64,000 nt of DNA, taken from assembly GCA_012295275.1 (NCBI GenBank), contig CM022676.1:11532001-11596000 (forward strand). Direction: 5' to 3'. This document shows positions 12,668-28,432 of this stretch, in pieces (position 1 is the first letter of the stretch; every line of letters begins with the position of its first letter). A program made the translations under genes and the position numbers. The notes beneath the pieces are model-generated. The model was given only the letters and a program-made list of their open reading frames with translations. It was not told the origin of the DNA and made no database searches. Origin of the DNA: Chrysomallon squamiferum (Eukaryota; Animalia; Mollusca).

Positions 12668-13414
12668 ATCCAGTCTCCATGGTTACAAGAAATAAACTTA
12701 CGTTGTGACAGTGTATGTAGGTGTGATGAGATCAATGTATGTAAATTAATATGTAGTATAATACTTATGTTTTACAATTTATACATTTAAAATATATATA
12801 TATATATATTTTATTTTTTCATTTTGTTTTTAAAATTATAGAAAACTTAAATCATTTATTTCTTGTTAAAGAATCAGTCCTCATTTATTGTTGTTGTTTA
12901 TTTATTTATCTATTTATCAAGATGCTAGTGAAAGCAGTGCAATTGTTTTGGTAGTTTTCAAAGTCAGATTATGTTATTGTTGATTTGTTTAACTAACTCA
13001 GTGTCTAACTCTGTTATGATAATAGAGGAGACTGTAGTTCAAATATTTCTCGAATAAACAGTTTGTCACAACTGTAGTTATTCTAATCTGTTTGGTCAGA
13101 ACAAAAACTGTTCAAACACCTCTATGTTAGTATGTTAGTATATTAGCAGATTAGTTAGGTGATATTTTAGTATAATCCTCATGTGTATTAGTGAAAAAAC
13201 CCACAATTAACCTTCAAATGACCTCCTAACTTTTGATTAATAAAAGCCCTTCCATTGTTTTGTTTAACTTAAATTAACTTCTCACTTTTGATGAATGCAA
13301 CTCTTCCAGTGTTTTATATGTTTAAATTATTAAAGTTAACTTCTGAGTTTCAACTCACAGTCCTGTTAGTCGCATGACCCTCAGTTCGCTGTGGTAGCTG
13401 TTTGACTATCCGTC

Positions 13415-13860
13415 TTGAAAACTTCAACTGTCCAGGTTTAGAAAGGAGATGACTAAAACAATACATTTATCGAGTAAGTCCACCTGTTGACAGTGACAGT
13501 TTACTGTGCATTGTGAAATATACTGAAACAGTTCACACCGTTTAGGTTCTTATTCCTTATTGCTTATCTAGATTCGTTAAGGCTTTGTTTTTTTAGAAAT
13601 AAAATTAAGTTCTTCTAAAATAATTAAAATAAAAAGCCTAGACCTCAAAACCTCGACAAAACTTTTATTGTTTTCTTTTTGTTTCTTCCAATTGCATTTT
13701 CTTATAAACCTATTATTAATACTCCATTAATTTATGAAGTATTTTACTTTAATTAGCTTATCTAACTTTGTTGACGCTGACTAAATTCTACATTGTGAAT
13801 CATCCATCGACACGAAATAATACTGACAGCAAATGCAGTTTTGGTATAGGTAACGATTTA

Positions 13861-13908
<48 letters not shown>

Positions 13909-14130
13909 GTATTTACTCAATGTTGTGTATGACCTTGACCTTGTACAACCAAGTGAATGTTAACTTTCCGCCATATTTTGACAAGATGTCCGCTGAAGAG
14001 GACAGAGGAGTTTTGTGACTTGTCTGTGTAATCCTGTCTTTATTATGCGACTGCATCAGAGCACAGAGTGTTAAACTGCTTCACAACATCAGCCACAACG
14101 CTGCAGAAACAATGAACTGCACCTGTGTGG
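13415..14130 (+). repeat. Diverged duplicate of the region upstream of gene A (about 4415-5300), marking an approximately 9-kb tandem duplication unit
   Basis: Shared blocks such as tgtccaggtttag.aaggagatgactaaaacaa, atctagattcgttaag, aaaacttttattgtttt and gctgaagaggacaga. Confidence 0.85.
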
Positions 14131-14604
14131 TAAATATATACATTTTGCCCCCGGTTTTACTTTGCGAAACGCAAAAACAGTATATATAAATGAAAACAAA
14201 GAAAAAGTTATAAAAAGGCTTTATAAATAATGTTAGTACTACAAATATAAAAATATACATTTGTGTATGTATGTATATATATATATATATAATTAGCGAT
14301 ATCACGAAATCTATCGTAGTAGAAAATTCGATATAATTTAAATTATTTAAATTTCTTTTTTTTTTCTTTTTTTTTTTCTTCTTCTTCTTTTTAATTTCCA
14401 GGAAAGAAAACGTGACGTCATTAGCTAGACTACGCAGCATGTTTACTAACATCATCTTTTTACGTCATTGTATCTTTTTAATACAACAAATTTGTAAACC
14501 TTTAATATTTTAAAACTATTTTTAATTTATTTATTATAATTTTTAAAAATAATTTAGTTAAACTGTTGCGATTGATAGGAATTAATGAGTTTTGAATTGT
14601 TACA

Positions 14605-15970
14605 ATGTGGCAGCCAGACAAACGTGTGTTTATTTTATTTCTGCAGCTAAGTACAAGGTACGTTCTTTTGTGCTGATTATTTTTATTCTTTAATAATCTT
14701 TAATTATTTATTCAAAACATTTATTCACGATTCGAATCAAAAACAATAGGAAATAAAATAAACAATTTCTTAACCACTTTCTTTACGTCTCGATAATACG
14801 TCACTGATAAAATTACTTTGGTTTGGACTGACTTCGTATTTTTTCATTTACATACATACATACATTGTCTTGGCCTAGTTTTGATTTCTAATATCTAAGA
14901 CTCAAAAACAAATTATCAGTGAACAAATAAATATAACTTAAAGTTTTGTTACATTGTTGGATTAATTTTTTAAAAATTTCTTAACGTCAACCAACTGAAC
15001 AATAAAAGAAAATTATTATTTCTATACATATTCTGTGAATATACAAAGACAACAACGTAAAGTATAATAAATAATGAACATTTATATATAGATGTGTGTT
15101 TGTTTATAGGGTCCTTATGATATCAGTGGAGAACACTGATAACGTTGACAACATGCAGAGCACTGACAACATTGATAACATCGACAACATGGTTAACACT
15201 GACATTGACAACATGGAGAGCACTGACAACATTGACAACATAGATATCGATCATTTATTTGACAACAAAGAAATTAATGAAATTATAAAGTACATGAAGA
15301 TCAATGAAATATTTGAGAACACGGATGTCAGTGAAAACACTGACAACACGGAGATTAATGAAAACACTGACAACACGGATATCAGTGAAAACACGGAGGT
15401 CAATGGAGATTCTGACAGCACGGATATCAGCAAGAACACTGACAGAACGGATATCAATGAAATCACTGACAACACGGATATCAGTGAAAACACTGACAAC
15501 ACGGAGATTAATGAAAATATTGTCAACATAGAGATTAATGAAAATATTGACAACATGGAGATTAATGAAAACACTGACAACACTGACAACATAGATATCA
15601 ATGATATCACCGACAACACGGAGATTAATGAAAATATTGTCAACATAGAGATTAATGAAAATATTGACAACATAGATATCAATGAAAACATTGACAACAT
15701 AGATATCAATGAAAACACGGATATCAATGATATCACTGACAACACGGATATCAATGATATCACTGACAACACGGAGATTAATGAAATCACTGACAACATG
15801 GAGATTAATGAAAACATTGACAACACTGATATCAGTGAAAACACTGACAACACGGAGACTAATGAAATCACTGAAAACACGGAGGTCAATGAAATCACTG
15901 ACGACGAATTTGAGATCATGTACTCACAGAATTATTTCGGTAAAAAGAAATTTAATTGTTTATTTATTTA

Positions 15971-16048
<78 letters not shown>

Positions 16049-16309
16049 CAGTCACTTTCCAGATTTCTCAAATGTTGCTAACTAAATTTATCTAAACTTA
16101 TATAATTTTATTTCACAAAGTTTGTTAATTTTCTGACTGTCTTAAACTTCTCAAAATTAGCACCTCACTACAACACAACCACCAACATCACTACTACTGC
16201 AACCACCACCACTACTGCTTCCGCTACAACAATGTTTCCTATTACTACTACTGCTACCACTACTGCTACTACTATTACGACGTCAACTATTAACGCAGGT
16301 ACTATCAAA

Positions 16310-16373
<64 letters not shown>

Positions 16374-19300
16374 AAACAGGAGATAAATTTTTCTACGAAG
16401 ACGTTCAAGAGGACTGTCCATTTCTCAGAAAGACAAGTGTGGTCAGAGATATGCCAGTAAAATTTGTTTTCTCAAGACAACAATTATAGTCAGAGATACG
16501 TTCTCATCTAAATATCTCTGTTTCTCAGTATAGTCAGAGATATATTGTCTGTCTGATTACTTCTCTCTATAGATCTACTATTTACATATATATTTACATA
16601 TTTTGTGTAGATAAAAAGTAATTGTTAATTGTTAAGTAAGTAGATAGGTGTAATATACAGTTCTTAACATTGTACATGTTGAAAGGTTTTTAATTGTAAT
16701 ATGTAAACAATTATATTTATGCATGTAAATACCTTTAAACGTATATACATCAGCAGAAGGGATTCATGTTTTTATGTGTAGATAGGTGTTTACATATGTA
16801 ATTTTAGTTTTTCTGTAGCTAAGTAGCTGTTATTATGTATATGTAATTGTTAGTTTTATGTATATAAATAATTGTTATTATCTATTTATGTAGATAGGCG
16901 TTTTTATTTCATAAATGTAAACAATGTAAATTTAAAATATGTGCATAAACAATTAATTAAAATATATAAACAGGCATTTATATTTGCTAGGTAGTCAGCG
17001 ATGGTTCAGAACACGACATGGCAGAGCTAAGTTTGCCGCCAGGTTTTGAGTTACGACATTTTGGAGAAAAGTGGAGTGTTGGAGTTTGGACAACACATTT
17101 CTTTCCCAGTGGAACACGATTTGGTCCGCTCATTGGAGCTGAACGCTTAGAGAAGATGAACGTTCGGGAAGACGAATTCGAGGTGAATGGAAATAGGGAA
17201 CAGTGATCAAATGATATTTAAATAAGTAAAATAATTATGTACATGCTAACTGACATATACTGACTGGAAATTAAGAAATTAGACGTCTTACTACAACAAG
17301 TTTTGTTTTATTATTTAAAAAAAAAAAAATGTTTAACAAGCTAATATAGACAATTATATATATATTTTATTTCAACTAGAAGCAAAACAATTGCTTATAG
17401 CAAAATATTCAATCAAACATTTTCTGTCAGGCAAAGATCTCAACTGCAAGGTTACAAGTTAATAATTAAATTTTAAAACATTTTGTTAAAAGTTATAACT
17501 TTAGTAATAGTTTCATAAAATTCAGTTCCGGCATCGTGTGAACAATGAACATAAATTTTTGTCAAACTGGTTGAGGTACGTCACGTGGTCACCCACAGTT
17601 GCTGATAGCAACCTGGTCAGACGGAGTGATGAGTCAAAGATATATTACTACGCAGTGAGAGATATCCAGCCAGGAGAACAACTGAAACTGTGGGCCGGAT
17701 CACTCTTTGCCGAGAGTATAGGTCAGCCAGGATCTTGTAGAAATATTAAACACGACGGTAAGTACAAACAGCAAACAGTAATGACAAATACTACTACTAC
17801 TACTACTCTTCATCTATCATTGCTACAACAAAAACCTTTAGTGCATCTAATAGTATTACTATGACAACTACTATGACTAACATGAATGCTTCTAAGAGTT
17901 TTACTTCAACTAAGACTTCTTCTGAAATATTACATACGCTATATTATTTCTTTTTATCTTTTAATTTGATTTATTTTTTGTTTTTTTATCTTATGTTTTT
18001 TTGTTTTTGTTTTTTTTAAGAATCCTGCTGGCCATTTTTTTATCACTGTGAAAAAGGATCATGTTTGATTGACAGCTGCTCACTGGAGGAGGGCGTGGTT
18101 TTAGAACATCTTGAAATGGAAGAAGAGATGAAAGTAAAGGAGGATGAGAAAGGTAAGTAATTGCTGTTAGTAAGTTAGTAATAATAACACTATTGTTAGT
18201 AAGTTTGTAATAATAACACTATTGTTAGTAAGTTTGTAATAATAACACTATTGTTAGTAAGCTAGTAATAATAACACTATTGTTAGTAAGTTAGTAATAA
18301 TAACACTATTGTTAGTAAGTTTGTAATAATACAACTTTTGTTAGTAAGCTAGTAATAATAACACTATTGTTAGTAAGTTAGTGATAATAACACTATTGTT
18401 AGTAAGTTAGCAAATAACTTCTATTTTTCAAGATATCGATGCTCTGCGATTCTTGAGCACACCAGAACTCAAATTATCTGAGTGGTGACTCATAGATGTA
18501 CTGTTTTCTTTCAGCACACACACACACACACACATACATACACAGAAACACCACACAATACACACAGACAACACACATACATACAACAGACACAGAAGCA
18601 CACAGCACACACGAACACGCACACACAACACACACAGACATAAACACACACATACAAATATACATATGCAAGTTTGAACTCGAACAAATGTGTCACTCAG
18701 TATTACTTGCACAAAACAATAGATTTTGGGTGGAATGTGTAAACATAAAACCACTCTGCTATGAAAATTATGTTGTTGCCATATTCATACATTTCATTTC
18801 AGCAACTGGCTACAGCTCATTTACAGACATTTTTGAACCTTTATATGTTGTCAGAAACATTAAGGTAAATAAATAATTAAAATTGTTGTCTTCATGTTAC
18901 AGGCAAAAATAGGCAGAGACAAAGCATTGTTTTATTTTATTATTGTTGTTTTTCAACATTTATTTGTTTATTTGTATTTATACATTACTATGTATGAGAT
19001 TATTACATTTATGGTCCTGTGTATGACATTACATTTATATAATGTTGTGTACGGCATTACATTTATACAGTACTGTGTACTAGATTATATTTATATTGTG
19101 CTGTTTGACATTACTTTTATACATTACTGCGTATGTGATTATATTTATGCAGTACTGTGTATGAGATTACATTTACACAGTACTTTGTATGACATTACAT
19201 TTATACAGTGCTGTATATGATATTACATTTATACAGTGCTGTGTATATAATTACATTTATACAGTGCTGTGTATATAATTACATTTATACAGTGCTGTTT

Positions 19301-21038
19301 ATATAATTACATTTACACAGTACTGTGTATATAATTACATTTATACAGTGCTGTGTATATGATTACATTTATACAGTACTGTATATGTGATTACATTTAT
19401 AAAGTACTGTGTATGTGATTACATTTATAAAGTACTGTGTATGTGATTACATTTATAAAGTACTGTGTATGTGATTACATTTATAAAGTACTGTGTATGT
19501 GATTACATTTATAAAGTACTGTGTATGTGATTACATTTATAAAGTACTGTGTATGTGATTACATTTGTACAGTGCTGTGTATGACATTACATTTTTACAG
19601 TATACAGTGCTTTTGTACATTTGCTCTTTGTTACAACAATGGTTTGTGATGTTTTATTTACATGGATGATGATGTAGGAAGTAGTAATAATTTGTACTTG
19701 TAAAGATAGAGAAGGTTGTATTAATTTAATTATATGGATTATGATGCAGATTTTTGTAAAAATGTGTTATGACTGCAGCTACCAATGGATGGTTCTGTAA
19801 AAGACAGAGCAATGAGGACTGTGCCTCCGTACATCACAATAAAACAATCTAACATAAAAGGAGCTGGTCTCGGTGCGTTTGCCGCACACGATATCCCCAG
19901 CAGAATGAGATTTGGTCCGTATGAAGGTCTTAAAATTGTCGACGTTGTCAACAGTGGAGAGAAAGGTTATGCGTGGAGGGTTAGTAGACAGCTAAATAAT
20001 AATAAACAGAAAAACAAGAACAACTAGAATAAATAAATAAATAAATAAATAAGAAGAAAAAGAAGAAGACTGACAACAAATATAATAAGGAAAATGATGA
20101 TATTAACAAGAAAATTAGCGAAAATAATTAGTAATATTGGAGAATATAGAAATATAGACTGAAAGATTTTTATTAGCAGAATAAATAAAGCACAAAAAAC
20201 AAAAAAACAAAATGAGAGCTCAACATTTACCAATCTGTTTGTTGGAAAAGAAAACAATAGTTTCGTAATAATACTGATGCATATTAGAGAACACCACAGC
20301 AAACAACAGTTGTACAGTTAATTGAATGTTTACTGTAACAAGAGTCAACCCTGTTACCTCGATTTACATAATTACGTCATAAAGATGTTCATACCCTGTA
20401 TGTTTGTCACCATGTTTGTCACCATGGCTATTTTAATCACACATCCACTTAGAAATAATAATAATAACAAATTTCTTTTAACTAGTTACTTCGCTTATAA
20501 TTTCTTGTTGTCATGGCTACATTTACGTCATAGAGAGGTTTTTATGACGTATTTACAGATCTATTATGAAGGAGAAAAATACTTCTATTGGGATGCTAAG
20601 GATTTACCTCATTCAAACTGGATTCGTTACATCAACACAGCGAATTATTTCAAAGATCAAAACATGGACACCGTTCAAATCAGAGAGAACATATACTACT
20701 ACTCGGTACGACCTATTCCGAAGGGAACCGAACTGCTCACGTGGTATGGACATTCCTACGATGAAGCCCTCGGAATAACGACTCGACATAAAGATGATTG
20801 CTGGAATGACTTGTTAATGGGTATCATTTTTATATATACTTTAATAAATCGACTTAGTAATTACCATCTCTTTTCTTTTTCTTCTTTTTTGTTTTAATCA
20901 TTATCATCATACTCATACAACTACTACTGCTGCTTAGTTCTAAGTTTTCTGTTTTTCTCAGAAACAACTTGGCCGTTTTTCTTCGTTTGTGCGAAAGGAA
21001 ACTGTGCGAATCAGCTGACTTGTCCAATAGAGGAATAA
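14605..21038 (+). CDS. Gene B: putative secreted acidic-repeat double PR/SET protein, intact, 705 aa by hand-splicing
   Basis: Exons 14605-14657, 15110-15939, 16380-16456, 16991-17182, 17526-17757, 18021-18152, 18803-18864, 19779-19979, 20559-20820, 20962-21038. All are GT-AG, phases are consistent and the frame is open throughout. N-terminus MWQPDKRVFILFLQLSTRVLMISVE, then about 270 aa of ENTDNTEIN-type repeats, then the same two PR/SET domains as A. Confidence 0.9.
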
Positions 21039-21146
21039 ATCCAGTCTCCATGGTTACAAGAAATAAACTTACGTTGTGACAGTGTATGTAGGTGTGATGA
21101 GATCAATGTATGTAAATTAATATGTAGTATAAAACTTATTTTTTAC

Positions 21147-21186
<40 letters not shown>

Positions 21187-22488
21187 CATTTTGTTTTTAA
21201 AATTATAGAAAACTTAAATCATTTATTTCTTGTTAAAGAATCAGTCCTCAGTTATTGTTGTTGTTTATTTATTTATCCATTTATCAAGATGCTAGTGAAA
21301 GCAGTGCAATTGTTTTGGTAGTTTTCAAAGTCAGATTATGTTATTGTTGATTTGTTTAACTAACTCAGTGTCTAACTCTGTTATGATAATAGAGGAGACT
21401 GCAGTTCAAATATTTCTCGAATAAACAATTTGTTACAACTGTAGTTATTTTAATCTGTTTCGTCTGTTAGAACAAAAACTGTTCAAACACCTCTATGTTA
21501 GTATGTTAGTATGTTAGCAGATTAGTTAGGTGATATTTTAGTATAATCCTGTGTATTAGTGAAAAAGCCACAATTAACCAATCGAATTCCGCCCTGTTAA
21601 TTAATACACATCATTCCAGTGTGTTTTAACTGTTAAAATTAACTTCTCACTTTCAGTTAACACAACCCTTCCAGTGTTTTATATGTTTAATTATTAAAAT
21701 TATTTTCTAACATTTAAGTGTTTTATATGTTTAACCTATCAAAATTATCTTTTCACTTTCCATTGCTTTATACAAATTACCTATATAACTATAAGATGTG
21801 TGTGTGACTGTGTGTGTGTCTCTGTGTGTATGTGTGTGTGTATATATTCATTTAATTACAGCGATAAATATATTACCCGGTTTCTATTGAATTTCGATGA
21901 CTGCACATGATGCAGTGACTTCTCTAAGTACCAGTAATTTAAGAAATTGTCTCTTTTCTGTGAATGATCAAACGCAGCATAATACTCACAATTTAAACGT
22001 TTATCTATGAGATTTCAGAAAATATCAGTTTCACTGGGCAGTTTGCATAAATAATAGTGATGAGTCCAGGCATGTTCTGACGATTTTAGTCTAAAGAGAA
22101 CTTTCCAAGTTTGACGCGATGTTGTGTCATGTAGCAAAATTACTCGGTATAGGATCAGTTTACATTTCTGTCCATTAGAGCTAACAAATCATTCAGAAAG
22201 AGGCTTGAGCTTGTAAATCACGTGACTATCTGCTCAACAAAACAGTAGTCACAGACACAAACAACACAGCAGACACAACAAACAACACAGCAGACACAAT
22301 AAACATCACAGCAGACACAAACAACACCAGCAGAAACAACAAACAACACAGCAGACAAACAACACCAGCATGAATGATACGAGTGGGTGTCTAATGGTTC
22401 AATTTTGAACGCAGCCTAATTTTGCTAAATATGTTGACGAATGCGGTTGGTCCCATTGCTGAAACAGAAAGAAACAAACAAATATGTA

Positions 22489-22522
<34 letters not shown>

Positions 22523-23692
22523 GATATATACACATATATATATCACTCACATACTATACTTATTTCTTTTCGGACGAATATTTTTATGAAATATTTGTAC
22601 CCTGCGTTTTTCACTTCCCTTATGTTGTTATGCAAATTTTAGGGTAGATGCAATCAACTGCATCACAACCTTCTGGTTCATATTGTGGACGTTTACGTTT
22701 GCTTTTATCAAAAAGAAACAGCTTCCATTAGAAACTTTATTATAGTAGCTGGAATAAAACACACATTATAACATTTATGTATATATGAATAGCTTCTGTC
22801 AAACAATTCTTGCTTAACTTTAAACATAAATGAATATCAAACTATGTTCGAAAAAGTGTTTAATAATTGAAAAGAATGAACACGAAACTGACCAAATATT
22901 TTTGAATGAAAACAACGCAATGATGTTCTAGAGAAATTCATAGCGCAGTGCTCGGTCAGACAAACATTAACTTGAATTACGTGATTCTAAACAGATAACC
23001 AAATGAAGCTCAGAACATAAAATGAAATCAAAACCATTTACTAGGAAGTCTTATTATTAACTAATCTTTTTCAACGACGGAATATGACGTCATCCAACCA
23101 AACTCCTTACGCTATAAATTAACATAAAATATGCAAAGTGGTGGAAGCTGATTAACGAAAGAGGTTGGGCGGCCGAGGCTGATGTGATGCACACCGCCGA
23201 CATGGTTGACATCACTGACGTGAATGCTGCCAACATAGTGGTCAACGTCGACATAGTTACACTCAAAGTTTCAGTTAACATCATATTCACCGCCGGTTAA
23301 GACTCTTTTTTCAGCGTTTTTTTTTTTTTTTTTTTGTGAACACGCAAACACATGTTAATTGCATATACAAAAAGCACTCACGTACGTACATACCTACACA
23401 CATACTCGGGAACTCCATCTACAACAAATAAATAAATATATGCAGAGTAAAATAAAGTATCAGTGTCATAAATTCTAGTGTAGAGCGTGTTGAATTCGAT
23501 ATAGTCCATTTCTTAATTTTAGGATGGAAAACATGTTACGTCATTATCTGCGCATTTCCTAACATTCTTTTTATACGTCACTGTATCTTATTTTAAAATA
23601 CAGGAATGTGTAAACATTTTCTTTTCTTTTAACAATTTAGTTAAACTGTAGCGACTGATAATAAATATTTAGTGAATTTTGAAAATATAACA

Positions 23693-26600
23693 ATGTGGCA
23701 GCCAGATAAACTTTTGTTTATTTTGTTTCTACAGCTTAGTCTCAGGTATGTTTCTTTGCTATGACTTCTAGTTGTCCACCATTTTCGTCCTCTAATGATT
23801 CATTTCTTTTTATATTTATTCATTATCAAAATATTCATTCCCCATTGAAATCAAGAAGAACAGCAAATAAACAATTTCTTAACCACTGTCTTTATGTCGC
23901 CGCAAAACTATCAGACGAGTCTGACCATTGCTTGGAATAATCTCGAACATTCTTGATTTTGGTTTCCACTGAGAAATGGACTGTTCTCTTGAACGTCTTC
24001 GTAGAAAAAATTATCTCCTGTTTTATAATAATAATAACTGTAATAATAATAATAAGAAGAAGAATAACTGGTCATAATAATAATGATGAATAAATAAATA
24101 AATATGTAAATAAATAAATAAAGTTAATAAATAATTAAATGAATATTCGAAATAAGAGATATACTTTTCCCCTGCTGTCTGTATATAAACTATTATTCAT
24201 AGCTTACTTATAACATCAGTGGACGTCAGTGACAACACGGAGGTCACTGGAAATCGGAGGTTACTGAGGACAAGGAAGTCACTGAGAACAAAGGAGGTCA
24301 CTGAGAAATCGGAGGTCACTGAGAACAAGGAGGTCACTGACAACAAGGAGGTCACTGAGAACAAGGAGGTCAATGAGAACAAGGAGGTCACTGAGAACAA
24401 GGAGGTCACTGAGAACAAGGAGGTCACTGAAAACAAGGAGGTCACTGAGAACAAGGAAGTTACTGATGAACAGAGGTCACTGAGAACAAGGAGGTCACTG
24501 ACAACAAGGAGGTCACTCAGAACAAGGAAGTCACTGAGAACAAGGAGGTCACTGAGAACAAGGAGGTCAATGAGAACAAGGAGGTCACTGAGAACAAGGA
24601 GGTCACTGAGAACAAGGAGGTCACTGAGAACAAGGAGGTCACTGAGAACAAGGAGGTCAATGAGAACAAGGAGGTCACTGACAACAAGGAGGTCACTGAG
24701 GAATCTGAGATCGCTGAGAACAAGGAGGTCGCTGAGGACAAGGAGGTCACTGATGAATCTAACAACCTGAAGTCGATGTATTCAGGTAAGAAAAAAAAGT
24801 TTATTTTATTTCATTTTAATATATATATATAGAACTCTGAGTAGACTTCGCTATTGTTGTCTAACTAAAGTTGTCTGAAATTTTAAGATTTTGTTTAAGA
24901 AAGTTTCTGATTTTTGTGATTGTCTCAAGCTTTTCAAAATCAGCACATCACTACAACGCAACCACCACTACTTCAATCACCTAGTACTGCAGTTGCGTTT
25001 ACTACTACTGCTTTGTATTCTACTACAACAACTCCTACAACTGCAACCAGCACAACTATTATAACTGCAAATATGTCTAGGAACTACTACTGCTCCTATT
25101 ACTATTACTATTATCTCTATACTACTACTACTACTACTACTACTACTGCTATTATTATCTCTACTACTACTACTGTTACTGGCTTCACCAGATTAATTTA
25201 CTACAACTACCAATATCACTGCAGCTTCCCCTACTATTACTACTACTACCACCACCACCAATACCATTACTATTATTAGTACTAGTACTGCTGTTGTTAC
25301 TATGACTACAGGCACGTACGCATGGCCGGTTGCAAGAAGTGCCTATGTACCATTCACAAGCTGCAGGAATACATTGGTGGATCTGTAAAAAATTTAAAAT
25401 GATCCGACGAGCATCTCTAGTTCTTTATGCCGTCGATTACACACACATACACCGTCATTTCAGTTTCTGCGTTCTAGTCTAGACTATTTCTCCTACTACT
25501 GTTATTTCTATTTCTACCACTACATCTTCCACTGCTATTGCTACTGTTATTACTACATACCATTAACGCCACAGCGATCAATTTATTATTTTTATTTTTT
25601 CATGATTATAAAACAGCAGATAGATTTTTCTATGAAGAGGCTCAAGAGGACTGTCCATTTCTCAGAACAGCAAGTACAGTGAGAGATATGCCAGTAAGTT
25701 TGTGTAAATATGTCTAATTCTCAGAACGGCAAGTACAGTGACAGATATGCCAGTACGTTTGTGTAAATATGTCTAATTCTCAGAACGGTAAAATGTCTAA
25801 TTCTCAGAACGGAAAGTACAGTCAGAGATATGCCAGTACGTTTGTGTAAATATGTCTAATTCTCAGAACGGCAAGTACAGTGAGAGATATGCCAGTACGT
25901 TTGTGTAAATATGTCTAATTCTCAGAACGGAAAGTACAGTCAGAGATATGCCAGTACGTTTGTGTAAATATGTCTAATTCTCAGAACAGCAAGTACAGTG
26001 AGAGATACGCCAGTACGTTTGTGTAAATATGTCTAATTCTCAGAACGGAAAGTACAGTCAGAGATATGCCAGTACGTTTGTGTAAATATGTTTAATTCTC
26101 AGAACAGAAAGTACAGTGACAGATATGCCAGTACGTTTGTGTAAATATGTCTAGTTCTCAGAACAGCAAGTTTACTTATGTAAACAACTGTTTAAAATAT
26201 ATAAACAGGCATTTATATTTGCTAGGTAGTCAGTGATGGTTCAGAACACGACATGGCAGAGCTAAGTTTACCGCCAGGTTTTAAGTTACGACATTTTGGA
26301 GAAAAGTGGAGTGTTGGAGTTTGGACAACACAGTTCTTTCCCAGTGGAACACGATTTGGTCCGCTCATTGGAGCTGTACACACAGAGATGGTGAAGCTTC
26401 GGGAAGACGAATTCAAGGTGAACAAAAAAAAAAAATTAATGAATAGTGATAAAGTGATATTTATTTGTATAGTCCTAAGTGGAAATTAGATTTGTTATTA
26501 TTGAATTATTATTACTGTTGTTGTTGTTGTTGTGTTAAAAGTAAAGTTTTCATAAAATACAGGTCCGGCATCGCCTGACCAATGAACATAAATCTTTGTC

Positions 26601-26825
26601 AAACTGGTTGAGGTACGTCACGTGGTCACCCGCTGTTGCTGATAGCAACCTCGTCAGACGTAGTGATGAGTCAAAGATATATTACTACGCAGTGAGAGAT
26701 ATCCAGCCAGGAGAACAACTGAAACTGTGGACCGGATCACTCTACGCGGAGAGTATAGGTCAGCCAGGATCTTGTAGAAATATTAAACATGACGGTGAGT
26801 ACAAACAGCAAACAGTAACGACAAA

Positions 26826-26869
<44 letters not shown>

Positions 26870-28393
26870 TCATTGCTACTACAATTACATCTATTAGTAT
26901 CACTAACGTTACAATATGTCTAACACTACTACTCCCAGCACTACCACTACTATCACTTGAACTAAAACTTCTACTGAATTATTACTTACACTACAAACCT
27001 TTTTTATTTTTTTTTGAGAATCCTGCTGGCCATTTTTTTATCACTGTGAAAAAGGATCATGTTTGATTGACAGCTGCTCACTGTCAGAGGGCGTGGTTTT
27101 AAAACAGCTTGAAAAGGAAGAAGAGATGAAAGATGCGGAGGATGAGAAAGGTAAGTAATTACTGTTAGTAAGTTAGTAATATAAATAAGCTAGTAAGTTA
27201 GTCATATAAGTAAGCTAGAAAGTTAGTAATATAAGTAAGCTAGTAACTCACAGGTAAATATCTGCTATTAGTAAACAGCAAGCAAACAGCTGCCGCGAGT
27301 AGCACAGAACATAAGTTAGTAAGTTAGCAGATAACTTGTTAGTAAGTTAGCAGATAACTTGTTAGTAAGTTAACAGATAACTTGTTAGTAAGTTAGTGAA
27401 TAAGTGTTGTTTTACGTTGAAAATCTAGATTTATGTGTTATGAAGCACACCAAGAAGGGGATGATACCAGTGCAACAGACGTTCTGTGATTTTAACTGTC
27501 ACATGACGTCATCCAGCACACAGACAGACAGAGACACACACGCGTCACTCATTATTGCTTACAGCAGTACATTTTATTGTGTTGTTCGTATATTTGTACA
27601 TTTTATTTCAGCAACTGGCTATGGGGAATATATTCCGGTTTTCCAACCTTTATATGTTGTCAGAAATAGCAAGGTAAATAAATAAATGAAACTGTTGTCT
27701 TCATGTTACAAGGAAAAATAGTGTGAGAAAATCAGCTTTGTTTATTTTATTATTATTGTTTGTTTTTTCTCACATACTTTCTGTACCGAGTATAACATTA
27801 CACTTACACAGTACTGAGTTTGACATTTTATTCATAGAGTATATCTTTATATTTATATACACTGAATATAACATCACATTTACACAGTGCTGTGTTTAGC
27901 ATTATATTCATAGAGTACTGAGTATATGTTTATAGACACTGAATATAACATTACATTTGTACAGTTTTGAATATTTTTATATTTATGTAATAGTTTAAAT
28001 AATTAAGTATAATAATTAAATTATATGGATAATGATATAGAAAGTTGTCATAATTTATTTATGTGGATGATGATATAGAAAGCTGTAATCATTTATTTAT
28101 ATGAATAATGATATAGAAAGCTGTAATAATTTAATTATATGGATTATGATGCAGATTTTTGTAAAAATGTGTTTATGACTGCAGCTACCAATGGATGGTT
28201 CTGTAAAAGACAGAGCAATGAGGACTGTGCCTCCGTACATCACAATAAAACAATCTAACATAAAAGGAGCTGGTCTCGGTGCGTTTGCCGCACACGATAT
28301 CCCCAGCAGAATGAGATTTGGTCCGTATGAAGGTCTTAAAATTGTCGACGTTGTCGGCAGTGAAGGAAAAGGTTATGCATGGAGGGTTAGTAG

Positions 28394-28432
<39 letters not shown>

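Noticed and set aside
21880-23300. Complex sequence between genes B and C, including ORF 23090..23290 and an imperfect hairpin
   Set aside because: No recognisable domain, tRNA/SINE box or terminal repeats; probably old repeat debris.
24470-24770. Arg-rich RRSLRT repeat (protamine/SR-like) in ORF 24219..24770
   Set aside because: It is a shifted frame of the EVTENK repeat after an indel. Only the EVTENK frame reaches the phase-1 donor at 24785.
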